DNA of 64,000 nt from an uncultured Candidatus Saccharibacteria bacterium. Its GTDB lineage: Bacteria > Patescibacteriota > Saccharimonadia > CAILAD01 > JADZBC01. A model generated the notes under the pieces. It saw only the letters and a program-made list of their open reading frames with translations. It was not told the origin of the DNA and did no database searches. Below, piece by piece: positions 37,708-46,595 of the stretch. The DNA is taken from the NCBI GenBank assembly GCA_964436255.1, contig CAYTBW010000005.1, positions 6,374-70,373 of the forward strand, read 5' to 3'. The position numbers were made by a program, and so were the translations under genes. Positions within the stretch are counted from its first letter, which is position 1. Each line of letters starts with the position of its first letter.

Positions 37708-37786
37708 TCTTTTCCCCTGATTCTGTTAGTGCGAGCGAGGAGAGAATCATAACAGATTCATGGCTGGTTCGCAATAGGATAAGCGT

Positions 37787-38179
37787 TCAGCCCGCGTCCC
37801 AGTAGCGAACGAAGGCTCCGCAGCTACCACAGTGAATATCGGCTTCGTGCCACATCATGCTGTAATTACGCATTTGGTGCGGTCCGGGGAAGCCACAGGC
37901 TTTGCAGCTGTTCGCAATCCTATGAGCTTCTTGGACTGGTCCAAGGTGCTCGGCGCAGTGGAGCGCACTCCCAACACCCGTGCCTTTGTTGTCACCGACT
38001 ATCTCCGCGTAGCAGTCGTGGCAGTAGCCGTAGACGGTCTTCCGGGGATCCTCCGTTGCATACATGAACGGGTAGTTCCCGTAGCCTCGGTGTACATGGG
38101 GGTCAGAATGGCCCTTCTCGCGTTCACATGTGAATTGAGCATTGTCGCCGATCGCAAAGTCACAGGTTTCTAGCTGCAT
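37787..38179 (-). CDS. Cys/His-rich putative metal-binding protein
   Basis: 130 aa; RBS TAGGAGAAT; multiple CxxC pairs (CHDC, CKAC, CGSC). Confidence 0.6.
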   Translation of the reverse strand: MQLETCDFAIGDNAQFTCEREKGHSDPHVHRGYGNYPFMYATEDPRKTVYGYCHDCYAEIVGDNKGTGVGSALHCAEHLGPVQEAHRIANSCKACGFPGPHQMRNYSMMWHEADIHCGSCGAFVRYWDAG

Positions 38180-38240
38180 CTGATTCTCCTAAGTTGTTAA
38201 GGTGCGTTTTCATTCTGCTCTTGTGACCACACGAGACATA

Positions 38241-38252
38241 GCAAAACGTTTT
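38241..38252. promoter_or_regulatory. 12-bp perfect palindrome CAAAACGTTTTG in divergent promoter region
   Basis: Centered between divergent genes 37787..38179(-) and 38285..38947(+); candidate operator for the adjacent wHTH protein. Confidence 0.35.
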
Positions 38253-38284
38253 GTACTGCTTGGCCTTGGGGTATACTTGGGCTT

Positions 38285-38947
38285 ATGCACTGGATTGAAC
38301 GCCACATACTCAAGCAACTCGCCTTTAACGACACAATGCGCTATAGCGAGCTCAAGCCCGATGCGGTAGAAGGTAATTTGTTTCAATACCACGCGCGGGT
38401 GCTAGAGAAGCAGAGTTTAATAAGTCGATCTGACGAGGGCTATAGCCTTACCGCCAAGGGTAAAGTATTCGTTGCCGATCTGAGCCAGATGAAGCAAATG
38501 GGCGTTCGTAAGTTGCCCCGTGCGGTCGTGATGATTGCGTGCAAGAATGACGCTGGGGAGTATTTGTTATTCAAGTGGCGCCGTCAACCGTACAGGGGGA
38601 TGGTGAGTCTACCGTTTGGCCGCCAGTTCTACGGTGAACCGCTCGACTGGGTGGTTAGCGAGCAGCTACGCTTAAAGACTGGTTATCAAGCTCAACTAGA
38701 GTTTATTGGCCAAGTGGACAGCATCACTTTGGATAAAGAGAGCGAGGCGGTTGATCATCTCGCGATTAGCGTATTCGAGGCTTCGGGGCTGACACGTGTC
38801 GAAACCCCCGACGGCTTAACAGGTGAAGCATTCTGGGCGCATCCGGGTATGCTGGACTCAGGCAACTGCCTGACCGGGTTTAGGGAGATTATTACGTGGC
38901 TAGGGGACCCCGGGCGAGCGCCGCTATTGAAGGTTTCGGGCTTGTAG
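38285..38947 (+). CDS. wHTH + Nudix-like domain protein (possible regulator)
   Basis: 220 aa; N-terminal winged-helix, C-terminal Nudix-fold-like segment with degenerate Nudix box (GRQFYGEPLDWVVSEQLRLKTGY). Confidence 0.45.
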   Translation: MHWIERHILKQLAFNDTMRYSELKPDAVEGNLFQYHARVLEKQSLISRSDEGYSLTAKGKVFVADLSQMKQMGVRKLPRAVVMIACKNDAGEYLLFKWRRQPYRGMVSLPFGRQFYGEPLDWVVSEQLRLKTGYQAQLEFIGQVDSITLDKESEAVDHLAISVFEASGLTRVETPDGLTGEAFWAHPGMLDSGNCLTGFREIITWLGDPGRAPLLKVSGL

Positions 38948-39075
38948 ATGAGCAGTGCTTCTAAATGGAGCTAGGTCAAGGGCAATGATCTGGGTTGACT
39001 ATTTTAAAGACAAACTGAAGGGGCCCGCCAAATCCTTTACACTTGTCGTGCTTAAGATATGGCGGGCCCCGGTGG

Positions 39076-39411
39076 TCACTTCGGAGGCCCGAACCTCCAC
39101 TCGCAGTGCAACCAGGCGGCTGTCTTGACCTCGAGTGAGAGGAGGGCTGCTCTGGCGACTTGGTATCCGGCAGGGGAGAGGTCGTACCTAGTAGCGCTCT
39201 CGCCCTTGAACTCGGTGACGATGCCGGCAGATACGCGTTTCTCGAGCAGTGGGTAAAGGGTTCCGTCTGCGACACCCGTTCGAGCCATGATCTCACGGGC
39301 GGTGATGGGCCTAACTGCTTCGATCAACGCTGCGTAGGTCTGGAGCGATTGCAGGCTCTCGTTGATGCGACGCGGCTTGCTTGGCAGCGCATCTGGTTCT
39401 TCTACGTCCAT
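39076..39411 (-). CDS. PadR-family transcriptional regulator
   Basis: 111 aa; RBS AAGGAAA; PadR winged-helix signature (ITAREIMARTGVADGTLYPLLEKRVSAGIVTEF...YDLSPAG). Confidence 0.6.
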   Translation of the reverse strand: MDVEEPDALPSKPRRINESLQSLQTYAALIEAVRPITAREIMARTGVADGTLYPLLEKRVSAGIVTEFKGESATRYDLSPAGYQVARAALLSLEVKTAAWLHCEWRFGPPK

Positions 39412-39472
39412 GCGGTTTCCTTATCCTCGATATACTTGGGTGGAGTCTCTTCTTCAAATTGCTGACGATTGG

Positions 39473-40027
39473 TCAAGCTGGCATAATCCCCGGGATACTC
39501 GTGTATGACACGTATTCGAACAGCTCGTTCCTGGTAAGGGAACTTGGGAATTGATCGAATCCAAGGATGGTGACCTTGATGTCCGATAGGGCAAGGATCT
39601 CCAGGATGGCATTGAATCGCTTGCCGTCGTTCGACGCCAAAACAATCTCGGCAACTCGATCTTGTCTGACGAAGTAGTCGATACATTCGACGATGTCTTC
39701 ATCGACATCGCTGTCTTCGGTGGTGCGCACTTTTGAATACACCCGATAGCCGAGCTTTTTCATAGTCATGACCCACCCGAGCTGCTTGAGGCTCGCATCT
39801 GGGTCGATTGGGCGGTTGACGAAGATCTTGGCGTAAAGCGTGCAGCCTTGCGCGGATGACTTCTCGCGTAGCCACTTCATCAGCATGTCCAGGCGCATGC
39901 GTTCGTTCGCTCTTGGGGCTCTTTCTCCCAGAGTCAAGCCGAAGCTTGCATCGACGTTTGGAGCATCCATTACGAATACAACGAGCTTTTTGCGTGTTGG
40001 CTTGCGGCGTTTCCTTGGTTCAGGCAA
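39473..40027 (-). CDS. NYN/LabA-like (PIN-fold) putative RNase
   Basis: 184 aa; TTG start; NYN motifs VVFVMDAPNV ... IVLASNDGKRF (lvSgDgDF-like). Confidence 0.55.
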   Translation of the reverse strand: MPEPRKRRKPTRKKLVVFVMDAPNVDASFGLTLGERAPRANERMRLDMLMKWLREKSSAQGCTLYAKIFVNRPIDPDASLKQLGWVMTMKKLGYRVYSKVRTTEDSDVDEDIVECIDYFVRQDRVAEIVLASNDGKRFNAILEILALSDIKVTILGFDQFPSSLTRNELFEYVSYTSIPGIMPA

Positions 40028-40136
40028 GGGCCGAACCTTTCATTTCAAGGAGCATATACTGCTCATGGATAGGAACAGCAAAATTATGACACTAAACACA
40101 GGAAACTACAACCACATTGTCTAGTAAATGAAGGGC

Positions 40137-40185
40137 CCCCGGCAGAGCTCCTTCTGGGTAGAAGGGTTGCCCTGCCGGGGGCGTA
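40137..40185 (-). terminator. Hairpin terminator after 40190..40756 gene
   Basis: CCCCCGGCAG-[loop with inner CCTTCT/AGAAGG hairpin]-CTGCCGGGGG. Confidence 0.5.
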
Positions 40186-40189
40186 GTTG

Positions 40190-40756
40190 TCATCGCTCGT
40201 CGAGCGGGTAGTTCCTCTCGTCGAGCGGGTCGTAGCGGCTCTCATCGAAGTCGTACCGGTCGAGGTCGGCCCGGTAGGCCGTCTCCGACCGGTAGGCATC
40301 GAAGGTGTCTTCGATGATCCCACGGATGGCCGCGATGGCCTCGTCCTCGCTGTCACACTTGATGACTTCGCGGTGGTTGCAGTACTGGTTGACCGTCCCC
40401 TTGACGCCGACGAGCAGCGCCTCGTTGTGGCCCAGCACATGCTTGTCGACACCGATGCCGCGGTCCCAGACGTCCATGAAGAGGCGGACGTTGATGGACG
40501 CTGGGTCGAGCGAGTAGCTCGACCTGAAGCGATCGGTGCAGCCACTTGGGCGCCAGTAGGCCTCACGGATGGCGTCAACCTTGCCCCAGGGGATGCGGTC
40601 GAACTCATCCGGCCACAGTTCCTGGGTGTAGATGAAGGTCGACCCGTTCGCTCGAGTGCCCTCCTGGTCGGCCCGGACGGAGGTTGCCGTCTCGAGCTTC
40701 TCGCGGATGACTCGCTCGAAGAGTGCGTAGGTGTTCGGGTCGATGTTGGTCTGCAT
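40190..40756 (-). CDS. 188-aa protein with acidic C-terminal repeats, unknown function
   Basis: ATG at 40756 with AAGGAGCAACACC RBS; overlapping track ORFs 40084..40950(-) and 40187..40972(+) judged spurious GC-rich frames. Confidence 0.6.
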   Translation of the reverse strand: MQTNIDPNTYALFERVIREKLETATSVRADQEGTRANGSTFIYTQELWPDEFDRIPWGKVDAIREAYWRPSGCTDRFRSSYSLDPASINVRLFMDVWDRGIGVDKHVLGHNEALLVGVKGTVNQYCNHREVIKCDSEDEAIAAIRGIIEDTFDAYRSETAYRADLDRYDFDESRYDPLDERNYPLDER

Positions 40757-40853
40757 GGTGTTGCTCCTTGCGAAGTAGGTACGGTTGCCCGTACCAGTTC
40801 GAAGGAACACACCCTGGTGTTCAGGTACGGGAGAGAAGGGTGGGGCCGTAGCC
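40757..40853 (-). promoter_or_regulatory. Leader with mutually exclusive hairpins (possible attenuator)
   Basis: CCCGTACC (1) / GGTACGGG (2) / CCGTACC (3): 1:2 and 2:3 pairings are alternative; between 14-aa leader ORF and main gene. Confidence 0.3.
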
Positions 40854-40898
40854 CTACGCTTGTCGCTCCTGTTCCCGAATGGTGTAACGGTACTTCAT
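40854..40898 (-). CDS. 14-aa leader peptide MKYRYTIREQERQA
   Basis: AAGGAGG RBS 7 nt upstream of ATG, directly after P1 promoter copy 2; not in ORF track. Confidence 0.35.
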   Translation of the reverse strand: MKYRYTIREQERQA

Positions 40899-40975
40899 GC
40901 CCCACCTCCTTAGGTAGACTTGAGGGACGTGATGAGGTGTATAATAGCATAAGTATAATAAAAAGTCAATAGCCC
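40899..40975 (-). promoter_or_regulatory. Promoter/RBS cassette P1, copy 2 (TTGACT-17-TATTAT ... CCTAAGGAGG)
   Basis: Minus -35 at comp. 40954-40959, -10 at comp. 40931-40936; near-identical to 31624..31716. Confidence 0.65.
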
Positions 40976-41034
40976 GGCATTCATACAAAGTAAAAACCCC
41001 ACTTATTGAGTGAGGCTCTTACTTTGGCGGGCCC

Positions 41035-41056
41035 GACCGTGGATTACTATAGGTAT
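41035..41056. repeat. Partial direct repeat of tRNA-Asp 3' end (TTGGCGGGCCCGACCG-T-GGATT)
   Basis: 16-nt exact match to comp. of tRNA-Asp 3' end at 41185..41200, ~130 bp away; att-site-like remnant. Confidence 0.65.
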
Positions 41057-41184
41057 AATTTCCTCACATGCTCGAAGCTAGGAGGTAGCTTCTGCGCGTG
41101 CTCGTCATTATCGAACCGCGGTAACGAATAGCGAGCTGGCGCTCACCCAAGAAAAAACACCGAGGCAAGCTCAGTGTCTTTTCT

Positions 41185-41261
41185 TGGCGGGCCCGACCGG
41201 ATTCGAACCGGCGATCTCCTCCGTGACAGGGAGGCATGTTAGGCCTCTACACCACGGGCCC
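41185..41261 (-). tRNA. tRNA-Asp (anticodon GTC)
   Basis: 77 nt; acceptor GGGCCCG/CGGGCCC, anticodon stem CCTCC/GGAGG with loop CTGTCAC, T-loop GGTTCGAATCC, encoded CCA. Confidence 0.8.
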
Positions 41262-41356
41262 GTAGCGTTCTTGGCAGCACATAACTAAGATATAGTACCA
41301 AAAACAGGCTAGGGGAGCAAGGTTGGCATGCATAGACCCAAACATAAGAAATATAC

Positions 41357-41385
41357 TTGAAAAGTATTGACAATCGGCGTATAAT
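41357..41385 (+). promoter_or_regulatory. Sigma70-type promoter TTGAAA-17-TATAAT
   Basis: Consensus elements upstream of 41497..41724. Confidence 0.5.
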
Positions 41386-41496
41386 ATTCAGCTGTTAGTG
41401 TTTTTGAACACATTAGTGGAGGTGGAATGAATACATAAAATAAAATGCTTTATTGAGTAACAAAAACGAACACAAAATTAGAACAAGGATTAAGCA

Positions 41497-41724
41497 ATGT
41501 TTTACAACTATGAACCAAGCAAAGAGCGAGCCATTAAGGTGCGCAAAGTTAAGCCTCAGGCCCAGGTCCCATACCTGCATGGCGAAAATGTGGTCAACAC
41601 ACGCAGTGAAGCAGTAAAGAAGTTTGGTGCTACATTCTTGCTAAAGCTGCCTAATGCCCCACAGGCCGAGCAGGCTCAGTGGGAAACCCTGGAATCCAAG
41701 TTGCAAAAGCGCCTTCCCAGATAG
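41497..41724 (+). CDS. Small hypothetical protein
   Basis: 75 aa; AAGGA RBS; hairpin+T-tract downstream (41765-41795). Confidence 0.45.
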   Translation: MFYNYEPSKERAIKVRKVKPQAQVPYLHGENVVNTRSEAVKKFGATFLLKLPNAPQAEQAQWETLESKLQKRLPR

Positions 41725-41843
41725 GGAGTCTACCAGTTCGCCACAACATTGTGTTAAAATAACTCGCGTAACCCACGTGAGTTATTTTAGTTTCACGCAG
41801 GATTAATTTTAGGGTAAAATTTGGTACAATTGGGCTATATTAG

Positions 41844-41916
41844 CGGGTATGGTTTAGTGGTAGAATGCGACCTTCCCAAGGTTGAGATACGGGTTCGATT
41901 CCCGTTACCCGCTCCA
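41844..41916 (+). tRNA. tRNA-Gly (anticodon CCC)
   Basis: 73 nt; acceptor GCGGGTA/TACCCGC, anticodon loop TTCCCAA, T-loop GGTTCGATTCC, CCA encoded. Confidence 0.8.
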
Positions 41917-42140
41917 TGACTGAACGACTGGCTGTAGCCAGGTGCACAGTCATATATGTACCAACCTTGGTAACTTAACAGGTTTGAGTTCCGTCAAAAT
42001 CAGACATCTTGCCTTGACATCGTGATAACGCGCGGTAAACCGAAGTGCGTAGCACTGTTTGTCAAGCGAAGAGGAGAATTTATGCCAAGGAGTGGAGCTC
42101 ATTGTCTGTTATGAGCGACTAAAAGGCATAAAATCGACGA

Positions 42141-42216
42141 GCCACCTTAGCTCAGTTGGTAGAGCGACGCTTTCGTAAAGCGTAGGTCGCCGGTTCAATC
42201 CCGGCAGGTGGCTCCA
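42141..42216 (+). tRNA. tRNA-Thr (anticodon CGT)
   Basis: 76 nt; GCCACCT acceptor, D-loop AGCTCAGTTGGTAGAGC, anticodon loop TTCGTAA, T-loop GGTTCAATCC, discriminator U, CCA. Confidence 0.8.
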
Positions 42217-42263
42217 GGAATTATCTCCCCCTAGCAGGCTCAAAATGCTATACTACTATCAAG

Positions 42264-42653
42264 ATGAAAAAGAAGCTTAAAGGCCAGCTTGGCCAGGTTA
42301 AAAGGCACCAGCTTTTTAGCGACACTCCTTTGTTAATAGTAGTCTTGTTCAACGTGGCAATTCTGCTGGGCCTGCTGTTTTGGAGTTTTAATAACATAAA
42401 GCCAACGGAACTATCTGTACCGATTCGGTTCACGAGCTTCGCTAACTTCGATATCCTTGGGAAATGGTATCAGCTCTATGAATTATTCCTGATTGCCCTA
42501 ACTGTGTTCGCCTGCAACCTTGTTTTGGCCTTAGTCGCACATTCTAAGCACCGCTTCCTGAGTGTTGTGCTGTTGGGGGTGAGCGTAGTGGTTTCAATTT
42601 TGTGCTTTGCTATGCTGGTTGGCTTTACGGCAATTAACTTCGGCGGGGTATAG
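42264..42653 (+). CDS. Small multi-TM membrane protein
   Basis: 129 aa; 3-4 predicted TM helices; upstream of GT2 gene. Confidence 0.5.
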   Translation: MKKKLKGQLGQVKRHQLFSDTPLLIVVLFNVAILLGLLFWSFNNIKPTELSVPIRFTSFANFDILGKWYQLYELFLIALTVFACNLVLALVAHSKHRFLSVVLLGVSVVVSILCFAMLVGFTAINFGGV

Positions 42654-42656
42654 GTT

Positions 42657-44342
42657 ATGGCTCGTCGTACCATCCCGCGCATTTCACTAGGCTTTGCAGA
42701 CACTCATTGGTTTTATCGCTTACTCGAGATCGCCCCAGGCCTGCTCACCTGGACGATAATCCTCTTACCATTTTACCTAAGCTTCAGTGCACCAGTAGTG
42801 TTGGCATACTTCATTATCGCCTTTGATATCTACTGGCTGCTCAAATCGGTGCGCATGAGCACAAATCTGATCATAGCCTACAGAAGGTACAAGAATAACA
42901 AAACGGTCAAATGGGAGCAGCGATCAAAGGATCTAAACAACCTCGCTGCAGCATTAAAACAAAAGCAAGAAGAGTTTCTGGAAATGCCGCGCCCGACCAT
43001 TTGGCAGCGCATCATGCCGAACGCCGAAACCCGTCAGCGCAAAGAGCTGAAGCGCTACATTGCCGAGCTCCAGGTGCTCGCAAGTCACGAGGATTTACTC
43101 ATGAAGCCAAAAGACCTGTACCACATGGTAATTATGCCGTGCTATAAGGTGATGCCAGAGGTGGTTGAGCCGTCGATTGAGGCTGTACTTAAATCCAGCA
43201 ATGATGCCAAGAAGATTATATTTATTCTGGCCTACGAAGAGCGCGGGGGTGAGGAATCCGAGCGTAATGCAGAGCAAATGGCAGTGAAGTATAAGAACTC
43301 CTTTAAGACCTTCCGGATCGTTAAGCACCCAGATGGTATTAAAGGTGAGCTGCGCGGCAAAGGTGCCAACATTACTTTTGCCGGTAGGGCCTCCCTTGCA
43401 ATCGTAGAAGAACTTGAAATACCTGTAGGTAATGTAATTGTTACAACGTTAGACGAAGATAACATTGTAGACCCGAACTACTTTTCCTACCTGGCAGCCT
43501 CATACGCCTCGGAGCCGAACCGTCGCCGTAGGTCGTTCCAGCCGATCGCTATGTATTTGACCAATATATGGGACGTGCCGGCTCCTATGAGGGTGATTGC
43601 TAGCGGTAATTCATTCTGGAACATGATTGAGATGACTAGGCCACACCGCTTGCGTAACTTTGCATCCCACGGACAGGGCTTACAGACCCTGATTGATACC
43701 GACTTTTGGTCAGTCACAACCGTAGTAGAAGACGGCCATCAGTACTGGCGCACGTACTTTACTTACGATGGGGACCACAAGGTCATTCCAATGTATGTAC
43801 CGATCTACCAGGACGCCATAGAGGGTCGGAGTTACCGCCACGCGTTCAAGAATCAGTTTGTACAGCTGCGACGGTGGGCATGGGGGGTGAGTGATTTTGC
43901 CTATGCAGTGCGCGAAGCAGTCAAAAACCCGCGGGCTCCGTTTGGCGACAAGTTTGTACAAATAGCTCGCTTGCTCGAAGGCCACGTAAGCTGGGCTACG
44001 GCCCCCTTGGTGCTTGCGTACTACGCATGGCTGCCATTATTGCTCAACCCGTCCTTTAAAGACCAAGTATTAGCGCACCAGCTGCCAGTAATAGCGTCCA
44101 ACGTCCTTACTTTTGCCTCAGTCGGTATCGTAGCCACCATATGGGTCAGTCTATTACTCCTGCCACCTCGCCCGGCGCACCACAAAAAGACTCGATTCAT
44201 ATCAATGCTCCTACAGTGGCTGTTGTTACCTATTACGACCGTAGCATTCGGTGCGTTCGCAGCTCTAAACGCGCAAACACGGCTCATGTTTGGCAAGTAT
44301 CTGGAGGAGTTCGATGTAACCGAAAAGGGCATTAAGAAGTGA
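42657..44342 (+). CDS. Processive family-2 glycosyltransferase (cellulose/chitin-synthase-like)
   Basis: 561 aa; N-terminal TMs, DxD (TLDEDN), QxxRW motif (FVQLRRWAWG), C-terminal TMs. Confidence 0.7.
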   Translation: MARRTIPRISLGFADTHWFYRLLEIAPGLLTWTIILLPFYLSFSAPVVLAYFIIAFDIYWLLKSVRMSTNLIIAYRRYKNNKTVKWEQRSKDLNNLAAALKQKQEEFLEMPRPTIWQRIMPNAETRQRKELKRYIAELQVLASHEDLLMKPKDLYHMVIMPCYKVMPEVVEPSIEAVLKSSNDAKKIIFILAYEERGGEESERNAEQMAVKYKNSFKTFRIVKHPDGIKGELRGKGANITFAGRASLAIVEELEIPVGNVIVTTLDEDNIVDPNYFSYLAASYASEPNRRRRSFQPIAMYLTNIWDVPAPMRVIASGNSFWNMIEMTRPHRLRNFASHGQGLQTLIDTDFWSVTTVVEDGHQYWRTYFTYDGDHKVIPMYVPIYQDAIEGRSYRHAFKNQFVQLRRWAWGVSDFAYAVREAVKNPRAPFGDKFVQIARLLEGHVSWATAPLVLAYYAWLPLLLNPSFKDQVLAHQLPVIASNVLTFASVGIVATIWVSLLLLPPRPAHHKKTRFISMLLQWLLLPITTVAFGAFAALNAQTRLMFGKYLEEFDVTEKGIKK

Positions 44343-45397
44343 TCTACTTGCTTGGCCTGGTAGCCGGCGCGCTCGTTGCGTTATTGCTCGTGCCATCTGT
44401 GCGGCGCTTTGCCTTCCAGGTTGGCGCGGTTGATGAGGTCTCCAAAGAAAAGCGCAAACTTCACACCAAACCAATAGCTCGTGCAGGTGGGCTGGCTATA
44501 TTCATTAGCTTTGTGAGCGTTAGCTTGGCGCTCATTAGCCAGGTCAGCACACCCTATATTGGCCTGCTTGTAGCTGGCACCATAGTCCTATTGGTCGGGC
44601 TAGCCGATGATATATGGGGTGTTAATCCTTGGGTAAAGCTACTCGGCCACACTGGCGCAGCACTCGTCGCAGCTATTGGCTTTGGCATCAGTATTGACGC
44701 CGTGAGCAATCCATTTGGTGAGACTTTTGTATTTTCTACAACACAATGGACGCTTGCCCTTGGTTCGTGGAGCGTTACGGTCAACGTCGTAGCCGTTGCG
44801 CTTACCGTCGTGTGGCTGGTGGGCATGACCAATACTATGAATCTACTCGATGGCCTTGATGGCTTATCGAGCGGGGTAGCGGCTATCGCGGCGGTCATTA
44901 TGTTCTTCGTGGCAGCAGGGCCGAACGTTAACCAACCAGATACAGCACTTATTTCGCTTATTCTAGCAGGAGCTTGTTTGGGCTATCTGGTTTACAACTT
45001 TTACCCTGCCAAGATCTTTAATGGTGATAGCGGGGCGTACTTTTTGGGTATGACCATCGGAATATTAGCCATTTTCTCGGGTGCTAAGCTCGCAACCGCC
45101 ATGCTGGTCCTCGGTTTACCGATTGTGGACACGTTCTGGGCCGTGGTGCGCAGAGTTGCGGCCGGGCGGTCGCCATTTAGCGCCGACAGGGGGCATATCC
45201 ATCATTTATTGCTTGATGTAGGCCTGAGCCAGCCTCAAGCCGTTTTGGTTATCTATGCATTCTCAATTGTTTTTGGCTCTATCGCACTGTTTGCCTCAAG
45301 TGCGCAGAAGATTCTAGCCTTTGCCTGTCTGGTAGTTATTCTGGCGGTATTAATCCTGTCCCTAACGCTCCTACGACGCAAAAAACAAGCCGCCTAG
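44339..45397 (+). CDS. Polyprenyl-phosphate sugar-1-phosphate transferase (GT4, WecA/MraY family)
   Basis: 352 aa; MraY/WecA signatures (MNLLDGLDGL, IFNGDSGAYFLG), ~10 TM. Confidence 0.85.
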   Translation: MIYLLGLVAGALVALLLVPSVRRFAFQVGAVDEVSKEKRKLHTKPIARAGGLAIFISFVSVSLALISQVSTPYIGLLVAGTIVLLVGLADDIWGVNPWVKLLGHTGAALVAAIGFGISIDAVSNPFGETFVFSTTQWTLALGSWSVTVNVVAVALTVVWLVGMTNTMNLLDGLDGLSSGVAAIAAVIMFFVAAGPNVNQPDTALISLILAGACLGYLVYNFYPAKIFNGDSGAYFLGMTIGILAIFSGAKLATAMLVLGLPIVDTFWAVVRRVAAGRSPFSADRGHIHHLLLDVGLSQPQAVLVIYAFSIVFGSIALFASSAQKILAFACLVVILAVLILSLTLLRRKKQAA

Positions 45398-45423
45398 TAT
45401 CAGATTGACTCCTGGAGGCGAAA

Positions 45424-45852
45424 ATGCTATGCTTTATGGCAAGAGGGAGTACGCATTTGACAAGCAAAAATCTGCAAGAGCTGATTAAGAACCTCCAGGT
45501 TTTCTACAAGTGTCCTTCCTGTGACGGCGGCTATCGACTCAATGACATTACATTCTTGGGCAAGGTGGACAACCACTGCTTCATGCAGCTGAACTGCCAC
45601 CACTGTTCATTGCCGGTACTCGCTACCGTGTTCTTGACTGAGGACAACCAGGTTGACCCTAAATCGATACCAAATCGACCTACGAAGCGCCGCAAAGCCG
45701 CCAAGACGGACTTAAAGGCAGGCGAGAAGGCTCGGTTTGCTCGCATGGAGCCCATAACTTCGGCCGAGATTGCAGATTTTCACTTGCAGATTAGTGCTTA
45801 CAAAGGAAACTTTGTGGACAAAGCGTCACCCGCACGCAAACGTAATAAGTAA
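45424..45852 (+). CDS. Zinc-ribbon hypothetical protein
   Basis: 142 aa; CPSCDG...CHHC motif; basic C-terminus. Confidence 0.45.
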   Translation: MLCFMARGSTHLTSKNLQELIKNLQVFYKCPSCDGGYRLNDITFLGKVDNHCFMQLNCHHCSLPVLATVFLTEDNQVDPKSIPNRPTKRRKAAKTDLKAGEKARFARMEPITSAEIADFHLQISAYKGNFVDKASPARKRNK

Positions 45853-45863
45853 AAGGATTCAAC

Positions 45864-46544
45864 ATGACAGATTCGACTGCCTTAAAGGCGCAAAAACGTG
45901 ATATTAAAGGAAAAGCAATCGCTGGATTGCGCGCAGAAGGCAAAATGCCAGCTGTAATGTATGGTCAGGGCAAGGAAGCTAAGCTTTTGAGCTTCGACGC
46001 TGTTGAGTTTGGCAAAATGTACGCTCATGCCGGTCACAATACGATCTTGCAGATCGAAGTCGAGGGCGAAGGAACTGAAAACGTACTAATCCAGGACGTC
46101 CAGAACCACCTACACAGCATTACTCCAATTCATGCTGATCTTTATACGGTTAAGATGGACGAGACCGTACGCACATCTGTGCCACTACACTTTGTAGGTG
46201 AATCAACTGCAGTATTCCAAGATGGTGGTAGCTTGCTTACAGCTATTGATGAGCTCGAAATCGAATGTCTGCCAGGTAAGTTGCCTGCGAGTATCGAAGT
46301 AGACATTGCCGTGCTTGATGACTTCGAAAAGACCATTACTGTGGCTGATTTGAAGATTCCTGCTGGTGTAGAAGTTCACACTGAGCTCGAAGAGCTTGTT
46401 GCTAAGGTAGATGCTCCACGTAGCGAAGAGGAAATGGAAGACCTCGATTCAGAAGTTGGACCAGCTGCTCCTGCCGAAGAAGGCGAAGAGGGTGAAGCTG
46501 CCGCTGAGGGCGATAAAGCCGAAGGCGAAGCTACTAAGGAGTAA
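45864..46544 (+). CDS. rplY: 50S ribosomal protein L25 / general stress protein Ctc
   Basis: 226 aa; L25 N-domain + Ctc-type extended acidic C-terminus. Confidence 0.85.
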   Translation: MTDSTALKAQKRDIKGKAIAGLRAEGKMPAVMYGQGKEAKLLSFDAVEFGKMYAHAGHNTILQIEVEGEGTENVLIQDVQNHLHSITPIHADLYTVKMDETVRTSVPLHFVGESTAVFQDGGSLLTAIDELEIECLPGKLPASIEVDIAVLDDFEKTITVADLKIPAGVEVHTELEELVAKVDAPRSEEEMEDLDSEVGPAAPAEEGEEGEAAAEGDKAEGEATKE

Positions 46545-46564
46545 TCCTACCCTTTACCACTTAG

Positions 46565-46594
46565 AAAAAGGCCCCAACCGGGGTCTTTTTCTTT
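46565..46594 (+). terminator. Rho-independent terminator after rplY
   Basis: AAAAAGGCCCC-aacc-GGGGTCTTTTTCTTT. Confidence 0.7.
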
Positions 46595-46595
46595 C

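Larger units (their letters stand above)
37400..41184. mobile_element. GC-rich mosaic island B abutting tRNA-Asp 3' end
   Basis: GC-rich ORFs with AT-rich promoters, P1 cassette copy, partial tRNA-Asp 3' duplicate at 41035..41056; no integrase. Confidence 0.45.

Noticed and set aside
40084-40972. Two long overlapping ORFs (288 aa on minus, 261 aa on plus) in GC-rich DNA
   Set aside because: They have no RBS and are low-complexity Ser/Thr/Arg or Val/Asp-rich translations typical of spurious frames in high-GC DNA. The co-located 188-aa frame has a strong RBS and promoter.
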